Under the pieces are notes generated by a model. It saw only the letters and a list, made by a program, of their open reading frames with translations, was not told where the DNA came from and ran no database searches. 24,000 nucleotides of DNA from an uncultured Pyrinomonadaceae bacterium (GTDB lineage Bacteria > Acidobacteriota > Blastocatellia > Pyrinomonadales > Pyrinomonadaceae): assembly GCA_964244835.1 (NCBI GenBank), contig CAXTKJ010000069.1, positions 1 through 24,000 of the forward strand. The letters run 5' to 3'. Shown here piece after piece: positions 8,141 to 15,657 of this stretch (position 1 is the first letter of the stretch; the number at the start of each line of letters is the position of its first letter). Position numbers and translations under genes: made by a program.

Positions 8141-9052
8141 TTAGTTTCTTCCGACGGCTTTTTTCAAAGCCTCTTTCATCACCAACTTCGGGCTGTTCAT
8201 CGTCGCCATATAAAACGGCACGACGCAGCCGCATTTGTCGCAATCGGCGTTGTCGCCCATCATACATTTGCCTTTCGGTTTGCCGTCCGCGCCGAGCGTG
8301 AACGCTTTTTCCTTGAACAAACAATTGTCCGTGACGCTTTTTGAGTTTTTCGATTTCATCAAATCGAGCGTCGAATCGAGCATATTGATTTTGCCCGGGT
8401 ATTTCTTTTTCAGCGCGAAGATTTTATCAATCATCGCATCGCGCTCGTCCCAATCGAGCCATAACGATTCATCCAATTTATTGACCGGCGTGAAGAAATC
8501 AAAGATTATTCCGCCGCTCGCCATGTCTTTCCATTCCTCGACCAAATCTTCGATGCAGTCTTTCGTCAGACTCGTGATGACGCACGAAATCTGGATTTTT
8601 AAGTTTGAATGCCGTTTGATGTTCTCTTTGATTTTGTTGTAAATTCCCGGCGCACGCATTTTCTCGAACGCTTCTTCCGTGCCGTCAATCGAAATCACCC
8701 ACGTGACATCCGTCCAATCGGGCAGTTCCATCGTGCCGTTCGTGACAATCGTGTTGTATTTGAAATATTTGCGTCCGGCATCAATCAAAGGTTTACGAAC
8801 GAGCGGTTCGCCGCCGACCCAGGTGCAAAGCAGCATCGGATCGCCCGCCGCTTTCATCGTTTCAAACTGCGCGACCCATTCTTCGACGGTTTGCTCGCGT
8901 TCGTTGTGTTCTTCGGCGAAAAAATAGCAATGCTCGCAACGCAGATTGCAGCGTTTCGTTGCGTCAATCGAACCGACGGCGTTGTTCGGCATTCCGAAAG
9001 CCAACAGTTTAGCGAGACCGCCGAGATTTTTGAGCGTTTTGGTAAGTGCCAT
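8141..9052 (-). CDS. Radical SAM protein with a C-terminal auxiliary Cys cluster (HpnH-like / twitch-SPASM-like layout)
   Basis: Has a CX3CX2C motif (KRCNLRCEHC) and a GGE SAM-binding motif (WVGGEPLV). The C-terminus reads C-x22-C-x7-C-x2-C-x-C (NCLF...GKCMMGDNADCDKCGCVVPFY). Confidence 0.85.
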   Translation of the reverse strand: MALTKTLKNLGGLAKLLAFGMPNNAVGSIDATKRCNLRCEHCYFFAEEHNEREQTVEEWVAQFETMKAAGDPMLLCTWVGGEPLVRKPLIDAGRKYFKYNTIVTNGTMELPDWTDVTWVISIDGTEEAFEKMRAPGIYNKIKENIKRHSNLKIQISCVITSLTKDCIEDLVEEWKDMASGGIIFDFFTPVNKLDESLWLDWDERDAMIDKIFALKKKYPGKINMLDSTLDLMKSKNSKSVTDNCLFKEKAFTLGADGKPKGKCMMGDNADCDKCGCVVPFYMATMNSPKLVMKEALKKAVGRN

Positions 9053-9074
9053 TTTTTACTCGCTTACAAAGCAA

Positions 9075-9098
9075 AAGCCTGCTCAATCGAACAGGCTT
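9075..9098 (-). terminator. Weak hairpin between the two radical SAM genes, a possible attenuator
   Basis: A 7-bp stem aagcctg / caggctt with a 10-nt loop. On the minus strand it is followed by tttgctttg. It lies in the 54-nt intergenic gap. Confidence 0.25.
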
Positions 9099-9106
9099 CG
9101 CAAATA

Positions 9107-11068
9107 TTATAATTTCACCGTTTCAAATTCTTCTTCCTCGACCAGATACGGCGAAACGGTCGGCTGATCCAAATCTTCCTGCAAAACCTTGGCGATAACC
9201 GGCAGACTCAATGAGCGAGTTTTCGAGATATTCGGCACGGCTTTGCCTTTCGCGTAAACGTCGTGTCGCCCGTTGTCTTTATACCATTCGGCTAAACTCG
9301 CGGTTTTGTTCATCTCTTCGACGATCTGCCGCCAGCCGACTCCGGTATTATAGGCGCAGAATGAAATTTCGCCTTCCTGAGTGCCATAAGGAATGACGCA
9401 CATTTCCGTGCGGCGGAAATCGTAGTTGAACAAATCCTGAAACCACATTCCTTCGACGCACAAGACGCGCCACATATCATCGGTATCGTTTTTCGGCTGC
9501 GCTTTCATTCGATCATTTCTATCCGAATTAGAATCAGCCGACGACGGTTTGAAAAGATTCAGAATCTGCGAAACGGGAAAGCCGTCGGGCGCGTTCGACG
9601 CGTCGTAGTTTCGCATAATCGCCATTCCGAGTTGCGCCATCGTCAACTTTTTACCGCGAGCTGTGTCGGTAATCGTCGCCACGTCTCTCGTAAACTGCTC
9701 GTAATTGAAAAAGTCGAACAAAGATGTCATCGCGCCCGTATTTTTATTAACGACAATCAGCGTGAAAATTCCGCAGTTCGGATGACAATTACACGACGAC
9801 CAGCCCCACGGAGCATCCGCGCCTTGCAGCATATCCATCACGCTCGTGAAAGCCGAATACGACGAAAGCGGAAACCAATCGCGCAAAGGCTGCAAAGTTC
9901 CGTCGAGTTGATCTTTCAAATCGTGCGTCATTCCCGCCAAAGTGTATCTTTGCTGAATGCGGTCTTTGTCGGAAACGTCTTCGTCGCGCCCGGTGAACGA
10001 AACGGGTTGAAACGCAATCGTCTGAACTTTATCAATATTCTGCGCGGCGAATTTTACGATGTCGCCGATTGCGTCGTTGTTGACAGTGTTGACAATAGTC
10101 GTTACCAAAGTAACTTTAATGCCGACGCTGGCGAGATTTTCAATCGCTTTTAGTTTCACGTCGAACAAATTGCCGACTCCGCGATGCTTGTTTTTTTCTT
10201 CCGAGGTTCCGTCAAATTGCAGATAAACACCGTGCTGTCCGGCTTCTTTCGCCGCTTTGCAGAACTCGATGTCTTCGGCGTAGCGAATGCCATTCGTCGC
10301 GGCTAAAATGCGATAAAATCCGATCTTTTTCGCGTATGCGACCGATTCTAAAAAGTGCGGCGCAATCGTTGGTTCGCCGCCCGAAAATAAAATGATTATT
10401 TGGCGGCGCGGCTTGAAGGAAATCGCGTTATCTAAAATCTGTTTCGTGTCTTCAAACGTCGGTTCGTGAACGTAGCCGACCTGATTTGCGTCCATAAAAC
10501 ACGGGTTGCACATCATATTGCAGCGGTTCGTCAAATCAACCGTCAAAACCGCGCCGCGCCCAAATTTAATGTCCGAAGTTCCGTGATGATGAACGTGCTT
10601 GTCTTCCGCCGCCTTGAAATCGCGCCCGTAAAACAACGATTCGATGCGTTCCAAAAACTTCGCGTCGGTCGCCATCACGTCAACGAATTCGCCGTGCGTC
10701 GGACAGGTTTTCTTCATCAGAACCTGCCCGTTTTCCTCGACAATCTGCGCCTTAATCTCGCCCGGATGCGAGTTCATCAAAATCTCCAGCGGAATCGTTT
10801 TATCAATCACGCCGTTACGCACATTCTTCACGCACGTCGGACACAGCGAATCGGTTTCACGCGGGAAACCCAACGGCGGCGCGGTGCGCTCATAACTTTT
10901 CAAAAGCGGTTCCGCCGCCCAATTCGGCGTAATAGATTCGCCTTCGGGCAAAGTTTTATTCACCGCCTGAAACGCCTTCCAACCAATATCGGCAAGTTTC
11001 GATGCCGCCTTCGAGCCTGTTTTCCCTTTGCCTTTCCCTTCGCCGCGTCTGAAATTATCACTGAACAT
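9107..11068 (-). CDS. Large radical SAM enzyme with an N-terminal zinc-ribbon/rubredoxin-like module; tetraether lipid synthase (Tes / GDGT-MAS, MJ0619 class-D rSAM) family-like
   Basis: The N-terminal module reads CPTCVKNV...IKAQIVEENGQVLMKKTCPTHGEF. The radical SAM core has LTNRCNMMCNPCF (CX3CX2C) and FSGGEPT. Later Cys motifs are WSSCNCHPNCG and WFQDLFNYDFRRTEMCVIPYGTQEGEISFCAYN. The radical SAM call is firm; the subfamily call rests on my recollection of the MJ0619-type architecture. Confidence 0.8.
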   Translation of the reverse strand: MFSDNFRRGEGKGKGKTGSKAASKLADIGWKAFQAVNKTLPEGESITPNWAAEPLLKSYERTAPPLGFPRETDSLCPTCVKNVRNGVIDKTIPLEILMNSHPGEIKAQIVEENGQVLMKKTCPTHGEFVDVMATDAKFLERIESLFYGRDFKAAEDKHVHHHGTSDIKFGRGAVLTVDLTNRCNMMCNPCFMDANQVGYVHEPTFEDTKQILDNAISFKPRRQIIILFSGGEPTIAPHFLESVAYAKKIGFYRILAATNGIRYAEDIEFCKAAKEAGQHGVYLQFDGTSEEKNKHRGVGNLFDVKLKAIENLASVGIKVTLVTTIVNTVNNDAIGDIVKFAAQNIDKVQTIAFQPVSFTGRDEDVSDKDRIQQRYTLAGMTHDLKDQLDGTLQPLRDWFPLSSYSAFTSVMDMLQGADAPWGWSSCNCHPNCGIFTLIVVNKNTGAMTSLFDFFNYEQFTRDVATITDTARGKKLTMAQLGMAIMRNYDASNAPDGFPVSQILNLFKPSSADSNSDRNDRMKAQPKNDTDDMWRVLCVEGMWFQDLFNYDFRRTEMCVIPYGTQEGEISFCAYNTGVGWRQIVEEMNKTASLAEWYKDNGRHDVYAKGKAVPNISKTRSLSLPVIAKVLQEDLDQPTVSPYLVEEEEFETVKL

Positions 11069-11184
11069 AATGTTTTTTATTTAATAAGATGCTGATTAAA
11101 ATTTTGGTTTTTGATGCAGTAAATCAACTTCAAGGCTAACAAATTTAAGTTTTATTGTCCAAAATTTATTTTAAAAGCAATCTT

Positions 11185-11853
11185 TTACTTTCCTTTCACT
11201 GGTAATTCGATTTTGAGTTTTTTTGGATTGTATTCATAGGCTCTTGTTTCTTGGCTATAAATCTTTTCCAAATTCAGCAGTCCTTTTTTTGACTCGAAAC
11301 GCAAAATAAGTCCATTAACATCTAGCCAAAATTTAGATTGTGAATAAGCTATCTTTCCTTTATCGCTTTCATCTGAATCTGAAATTTTAAATGTGTAGAA
11401 GTTTGTAAACAATTCAGCCGATTGATTGTTTAATTTTACGTCTTCAACCGTAAATTTTCTTTCTATTACGCCTGACAAGCCGGATATACCGGTACCTTCG
11501 CACCATTTATTCGACTGCTTCCACTCGCCATCGTTTTCTTTGCAATAATAGTTTTCGCCGATTTGAAAATATTCTTTTCTGTTTGTTCGGTCGGTGAGTT
11601 TTTTAACTTCCAAATAATGTCTTTTATCAGGCACAAGATATTCGTCGGTAATTCTCGTTGTGCTGTTTAGTTTTCCGTCCTCAAAATATTCTTTTTGACT
11701 TGTAATCCGCCGTGAAATCTCAGACATTGGTTTATAAGCATCTCGAATTGGCTGCCAAAACTTTTCTTCAGGAACTTCCTTTGTTTGACTGAACGCATTT
11801 ATCGTTGCGCCAAAACAAAAAATCACAAGTAATATGCAATTCTTAACTTTCAT
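11185..11853 (-). CDS. Hypothetical secreted protein, AT-rich gene
   Basis: Lies in ORF 11185..11877. I prefer the ATG at 11853 (MKVKNCILLVIFCFGATINAFSQ, a signal peptide). This start overlaps the stop of the upstream DUF433-like reading frame (atgaaagttaa). No homology was recognised. Confidence 0.6.
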   Translation of the reverse strand: MKVKNCILLVIFCFGATINAFSQTKEVPEEKFWQPIRDAYKPMSEISRRITSQKEYFEDGKLNSTTRITDEYLVPDKRHYLEVKKLTDRTNRKEYFQIGENYYCKENDGEWKQSNKWCEGTGISGLSGVIERKFTVEDVKLNNQSAELFTNFYTFKISDSDESDKGKIAYSQSKFWLDVNGLILRFESKKGLLNLEKIYSQETRAYEYNPKKLKIELPVKGK

Positions 11854-12094
11854 AATTTTCAGATTCTCCAACTTCACTCAATTTTTTTTCTCCAATTTTT
11901 CTTTCTAAATCATAAGCAAAAACCGCCTGCAGATCTTCCCGCGTCAAACGTGGATAATTTTCCAAAAGCTGTTCCTGCGTCCAACCGCTTGCTAGCCTTT
12001 CGACAATAAATTCAACCGACAGCCGCGTTCCTTTAATCGTCGGTTTGCCGAGCAGGATATTTTAATCTGAGACGATTTTATTTTGCCAATTCAT
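11843..12094 (-). pseudogene. DUF433-family (antitoxin-like HTH) gene with an in-frame TAA at codon 11
   Basis: The minus strand reads ATG(12094) MNWQNKIVSD-TAA(12064-12062)-NILLGKPTIKGTRLSVEFIVERLASGWTQEQLLENYPRLTREDLQAVFAY..., ending at the stop at 11843-11845. The GKPxIxGTR and YPxLTxED motifs are DUF433 hallmarks. The stop falls where the family usually has DP. Confidence 0.6.
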
Positions 12095-12221
12095 ACTTCT
12101 ATTTCTCTACCACGATGATTTTAATTGAAGGCGGCGCGGATAACAATAATTTTGGCGGAAAACGGCGAATTTCGATTTTAAGCGTAATGATTGCCGCCGA
12201 TTGGCGGTATCAGGAACGCTT

Positions 12222-12431
12222 TGCAAATTAAGTTTTCCGTTCTGCAAATTAAATTTGCACATCTACGAATTGAATTTGCAAACGTGCAAATTAAATTCGC
12301 AAAGTTACATATTAAATTTGCATGCTTACAAATTAAATTTGCAGAGCTACATATTGAATTTGCACGTTTACAAATTAAATTTGCACGCTTACAAATTCAA
12401 TTTGTCGGCAAATAAATTGAATTTGCACGTC
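12222..12431. repeat. Ten head-to-tail 21-bp units, each a 17-bp palindrome T(G/A)CAAATT-A-AATTTGCA plus a 4-nt variable linker
   Basis: Unit starts are at 12222, 12243, 12264, 12285, 12306, 12327, 12348, 12369, 12390 and 12411, an exact 21-bp phase. The right half-site AATTTGCA is exact in 7 of 10 units. The first and last two units are the most degenerate. The array ends 71 nt upstream of the ATG at 12503. Confidence 0.95.
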
Positions 12432-12502
12432 GTGTAAAAGTGATTATTCGCGGGAAAAATCATCAACTAAATTAAAACCTAAACTTTCAGGAGACATAAA
12501 TT

Positions 12503-12871
12503 ATGGCTAAATCAAGACGTTTAACGAAAAAAGTGCTGCTCGAAGACATTGAAACTTACGCATCTTTGCAGGCAGTCGCGGGTTATAAACCGAGCAACGG
12601 CGACTACACGCTGGCTAATGTTACCGCCTCGCATACCAAAATGAACGCGAGCCAAACCGACGAAGCACAAAAACAGGACGCGCTCGACGCAGCGAAGGAC
12701 ATTTCGACCAACGACGAACGGGCGTTTCACAATATGATTTTGGGAGCGAAAACGCAGGTCAAGGCGCAGTTCGGCGAAAATTCCAACGAATTTCAAGCTC
12801 TCGGAATGAAGAAAAAAGAAGAATACAAAAGCGGCAGACGCTCGGCGAAACCGGCGGACGGCTCAAAGTAA
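12503..12871 (+). CDS. Hypothetical 122-aa protein, predicted mostly helical with a basic N- and C-terminus
   Basis: An ATG preceded by caggagacataaatt (AGGAG 8 nt upstream). The codon pattern looks coding, and a hairpin terminator follows. No family was recognised. Confidence 0.7.
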   Translation: MAKSRRLTKKVLLEDIETYASLQAVAGYKPSNGDYTLANVTASHTKMNASQTDEAQKQDALDAAKDISTNDERAFHNMILGAKTQVKAQFGENSNEFQALGMKKKEEYKSGRRSAKPADGSK

Positions 12872-12891
12872 TTTATAGCTTAAAATTGAGA

Positions 12892-12932
12892 GGCGGTGAA
12901 AACGAATTGTTCATACATTTCATTTTCACCGC
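12892..12932. terminator. Hairpin terminator between the convergent 122-aa and 243-aa genes
   Basis: ggcggtgaaaa (12892-12902) pairs with ttttcaccgc (12923-12932), followed by ttttataatttt. The loop is about 20 nt. Confidence 0.6.
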
Positions 12933-12951
12933 TTTTATAATTTTGAATTCC

Positions 12952-13683
12952 TTAATTTAGATTTTTCTGCCTTTCGTATTCCTCTTCGATTCTCGCAGAT
13001 TCTTTAGCGCAAGTCGTGATGTATTTACTGCCCGGCATTGAGTCATCAACGAATAAACACTGACTTTCTTCGTATTTTCCACGATTAAATTTATAGGTTG
13101 TTTGATAAGAAGAAGCGCAAGACCCGTGATTTCTGACGAAAATGTTTTTGTAACCGCTGGTCAAATTCTTTTTAACCAATAAAATTTCGCCGCCTGTATC
13201 TAAAAGTTTTTTGTAGCTGTTGCCGGATTTTTTGTAAATCCACATCTGGCAATTTCCAGTTGCACCGCAAAGAAAAAAATTTGCGCCGCGCACAACGAAT
13301 TCATTTATTCCGTCGCCGTTTAAATCAACAGTTTGATTGATATACAAAATGTCCTGACAATCGGAATCATCGCTGAATTCCAGATGGTTTTTAGCATCTT
13401 CATCAAAATCTTTCTGCTTTCTTAAATCATTCAGAACCGCCGACAAAATTTTGTTATTGCAGGTAAAGGCAGATTTCTTTTTGACGGCAGGCTGATTTTC
13501 AATCGGAAATTGCAAACTATTTCTTCTTATGTCTTCCCGAAAATTGCCGAAACTTCTGGTTTTAAATACTTCTTGAGTGTTCGGAAAAATCTTTTCAGTT
13601 TGCCGGTTAAATCTTTCCGCAATAACAGAACCGATTCCGAAAGACGACAATCCGATCAATAAATAGAAAAACCAACGTCGCAT
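12952..13683 (-). CDS. Hypothetical membrane-anchored protein with an FG-GAP/VCBS-like DxNGDG motif, AT-rich gene
   Basis: A 243-aa ORF with an N-terminal hydrophobic anchor (WFFYLLIGLSSFGIGSVIA). It carries VDLNGDGINEFVV and CGATGNCQMWIY motifs. Confidence 0.65.
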   Translation of the reverse strand: MRRWFFYLLIGLSSFGIGSVIAERFNRQTEKIFPNTQEVFKTRSFGNFREDIRRNSLQFPIENQPAVKKKSAFTCNNKILSAVLNDLRKQKDFDEDAKNHLEFSDDSDCQDILYINQTVDLNGDGINEFVVRGANFFLCGATGNCQMWIYKKSGNSYKKLLDTGGEILLVKKNLTSGYKNIFVRNHGSCASSYQTTYKFNRGKYEESQCLFVDDSMPGSKYITTCAKESARIEEEYERQKNLN

Positions 13684-13785
13684 AATTGTTTCTCCGAAAC
13701 TTCAACTGAATCTCTGAATAAGATTGTCTTTGACGCTTCGATGGAGTTCAACGTGGATTTCCACAGTGGTTTAGTGTTCAGCGAA

Positions 13786-14505
13786 TTAGACCAATTGATG
13801 ATTTTCCGGCATCAGCACGATTTCCGCCATCACGCCTTCGCCTTGCTGTGTCGCGGCAAAGAAAACGGCGTTTGCCGCCGCGTCAATCGAGAGCATTTTG
13901 TCGCGCTGGACTTTCATCGTGATGTCGTCCCAGAAGTTTGAATCAACGCCGCCGAGGTGCATCAATGAAAAACGGATGCCGAAGCGTTTATATTCCTGCG
14001 CGAGACATTTTATCATTCCGGTTAAGGCGTATTTCGCCGCGCAGTATGCCGAAGCCTGCATCATCGGGGCTTTGCCTAAAATACCCGGAATCGCCACGAC
14101 GCGACCGAATTTATTTTCCGCCATTTTTGGGAGAACCGCCTGCAAAACATTGAAGGCGGTTTTCACATTAGCCGTCAAAAGCGCGTCCAAATCTGCCGCC
14201 GTCAACTCGCCGAACGGCTTTAAAATGCCCGCGCCCGCCGCGTGGACGAGGTAATCAATCGTGCCGAATTTAGCGATTGCTTCGTCAACCAGAGTTTTCA
14301 CATCGGCTTCGATTGCCGCGTCCGCCGCGAGTGCGAGAACTTCGCCGCCGATGTTATTCAGGGCGAATTCGGCTTCCATTAATTCCGATTCGTTCCGTGC
14401 GCTGACGACGACGTTTGCGCCCGCTTTGGCGAACAATTCCGCCGAAGCGCGTCCGATACCGCGACTTGCGCCGACGATTAATGCTGTTTTTCCTTCGAGA
14501 TTCAT
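13786..14505 (-). CDS. Short-chain dehydrogenase/reductase (SDR) family oxidoreductase
   Basis: Has the Rossmann motif ALIVGASRGIGRA, the catalytic YCAAK (YxxxK) and a typical length of 239 aa. Confidence 0.9.
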   Translation of the reverse strand: MNLEGKTALIVGASRGIGRASAELFAKAGANVVVSARNESELMEAEFALNNIGGEVLALAADAAIEADVKTLVDEAIAKFGTIDYLVHAAGAGILKPFGELTAADLDALLTANVKTAFNVLQAVLPKMAENKFGRVVAIPGILGKAPMMQASAYCAAKYALTGMIKCLAQEYKRFGIRFSLMHLGGVDSNFWDDITMKVQRDKMLSIDAAANAVFFAATQQGEGVMAEIVLMPENHQLV

Positions 14506-14517
14506 ATTATTTTTTGA

Positions 14518-15231
14518 TTATTTGGGAAAGATAAATTCGCGCAAAAGATTAACGCCGAAGCGCACGCCGAGCGAAATCGTGCCGTCGCGTATGCCGTCTT
14601 TGTAACTGAATCGGTTCGGATACCAGACTTCGTTGGCGATGATCGAAGCCGTGTAAGTTCCGGCGACGAACGGAAAATCGGGAATGCGTTTTCCATTGCG
14701 CGTGCGCGTCGTGTAACTGCCGAGAAAGACGTGCCTGAGGCGTTTGCCGACATTTTTCTGCCCGCTTCTCTCGAAACGGTTGTCGAGTTTGAACGCTTCG
14801 CTCAAGCCGTAGGAAACCGTGTTGCGAATCGCGTTCGTACCGTAGCTCGATGCGAATCGTTTGCCGAAACCGCCCGCGTTTCGTCTCCATTCCGGCGGGT
14901 CGTTGCCGATTTGATTGATGGTCGCGCCGAACGTCGAACCGATCAAAGCCGGAACGCCGAACGCATCCGACAGATAGCGTTTCAATCTTTGTTCCTTAGT
15001 CGGGCGAACGTAAGTCTGCTGACGTGCCGGAAGATTTTTGTCCGCATCAAAAGTTTTTTTGATGCGGACTTCACGCGCATTAAATGGCAGAAATTTGTTC
15101 GATTTGTCGGCAGACGGCGTTTCGGATGGAGAATTTATCGCCGTCAGTTTCGATTCGGTCTGCGCGTTGATCGTCGCCGCCGAAAACAGCGCGGCGAGCA
15201 AAATCGCTTTCGACAAAATTAATTTTCTCAT
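14518..15231 (-). CDS. Hypothetical secreted protein
   Basis: A 237-aa ORF with a signal peptide (MRKLILSKAILLAALFSAATINAQ). It lies 12 nt upstream of the SDR gene on the same strand. No family was recognised. Confidence 0.7.
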   Translation of the reverse strand: MRKLILSKAILLAALFSAATINAQTESKLTAINSPSETPSADKSNKFLPFNAREVRIKKTFDADKNLPARQQTYVRPTKEQRLKRYLSDAFGVPALIGSTFGATINQIGNDPPEWRRNAGGFGKRFASSYGTNAIRNTVSYGLSEAFKLDNRFERSGQKNVGKRLRHVFLGSYTTRTRNGKRIPDFPFVAGTYTASIIANEVWYPNRFSYKDGIRDGTISLGVRFGVNLLREFIFPK

Positions 15232-15657
15232 TTCTTCATTCTATAATTTTTTCGATTCGCCCGTCGCGCCGCCGAATTACTTTGCGTTTTTAACCGTCTA
15301 ACCGTATATTTTTCGCAGAGAAAAATTATCGTTCAACGCTTTCAGAACGAATCGGGCGATTTCGTTTTTAATAATAACGGCAGATTTCCCGCTTTCCGCT
15401 GGAGTTCGCAAAAAGGTTTAAGCCGTTGATTTCAATGTTTTAACTGCGTCTTCAGAAATCATACGGAAATAATTTAGAAAAGATAAAGGACATAAAAAAG
15501 ATTTCGGGTTAATTTTATCGCATCGGGGAAAACTTTCGTGGTGAACGACTCTGATTCTAAATTAGCTCGATTGTCAGCGACAAATATCTTCCCGAAATTA
15601 AAATCGAAAATCAAAAACTTGAGCGCGAATCCTGATTCGCCCACGAGAAACAAAATT

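Noticed and set aside
7950-8144. A + strand 64-aa Cys-rich ORF (SACSCGVFLPGCGACSGCSPV...) antisense to the acidic 67-aa ORF, tempting as a RiPP precursor next to radical SAM genes
   Set aside because: It has a TTG start with no SD and is convergent with the operon. The opposite-strand ORF has ATG, an SD, operon spacing and a terminator. Cys-rich antisense frames are expected opposite D/E/A-rich coding sequence. Worth a glance only if peptidomics suggests otherwise.
8609-11095. Long + strand ORFs (167, 173 and 209 aa) antisense to the two radical SAM genes
   Set aside because: They are Arg-rich and low-complexity, fully nested in strongly motif-supported minus-strand genes, and typical shadow ORFs. 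The same reasoning applies to 3757..4215 and 3842..4198 (in pgi), 15943..16629 (in the S9 gene), 18259..19182 (in the S41 gene), and 20429..20917 and 21895..22413 (in the permease gene).
12222-12431. The repeat array as a CRISPR array
   Set aside because: The period is only 21 bp with 4-nt linkers instead of spacers of about 30 nt. The repeats are AT-rich palindromes, and no cas genes are in the window.
12191-12437. Two overlapping + strand ORFs (74 and 78 aa) with 7-aa repeats such as LQIKFAx, running through the 21-bp array
   Set aside because: They are open only because the repeat unit lacks stops in two frames. The starts are non-ATG (for example TTG at 12191) with no SD. The DNA-level perfect palindromy of each unit is unexplained by coding. 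I read it as non-coding, while noting that a heptad-repeat peptide is formally possible.
11069-13785. Direct repeats marking the insertion boundaries of the AT-rich islet
   Set aside because: The only shared string I found between the two edges is the 8-mer aacttcaa, which is too short to distinguish from chance.
15232-15657. An unusually long (about 425 bp) divergent intergenic region, inspected for a riboswitch, sRNA, tRNA or small ORF
   Set aside because: Only short, weak hairpins were found (for example aacgaa...ttcgtt near 15337-15365 and gcgaatcctgattcgc near 15622-15637). I recognise no conserved RNA motif, so I cannot support a feature call without covariance-model searches.
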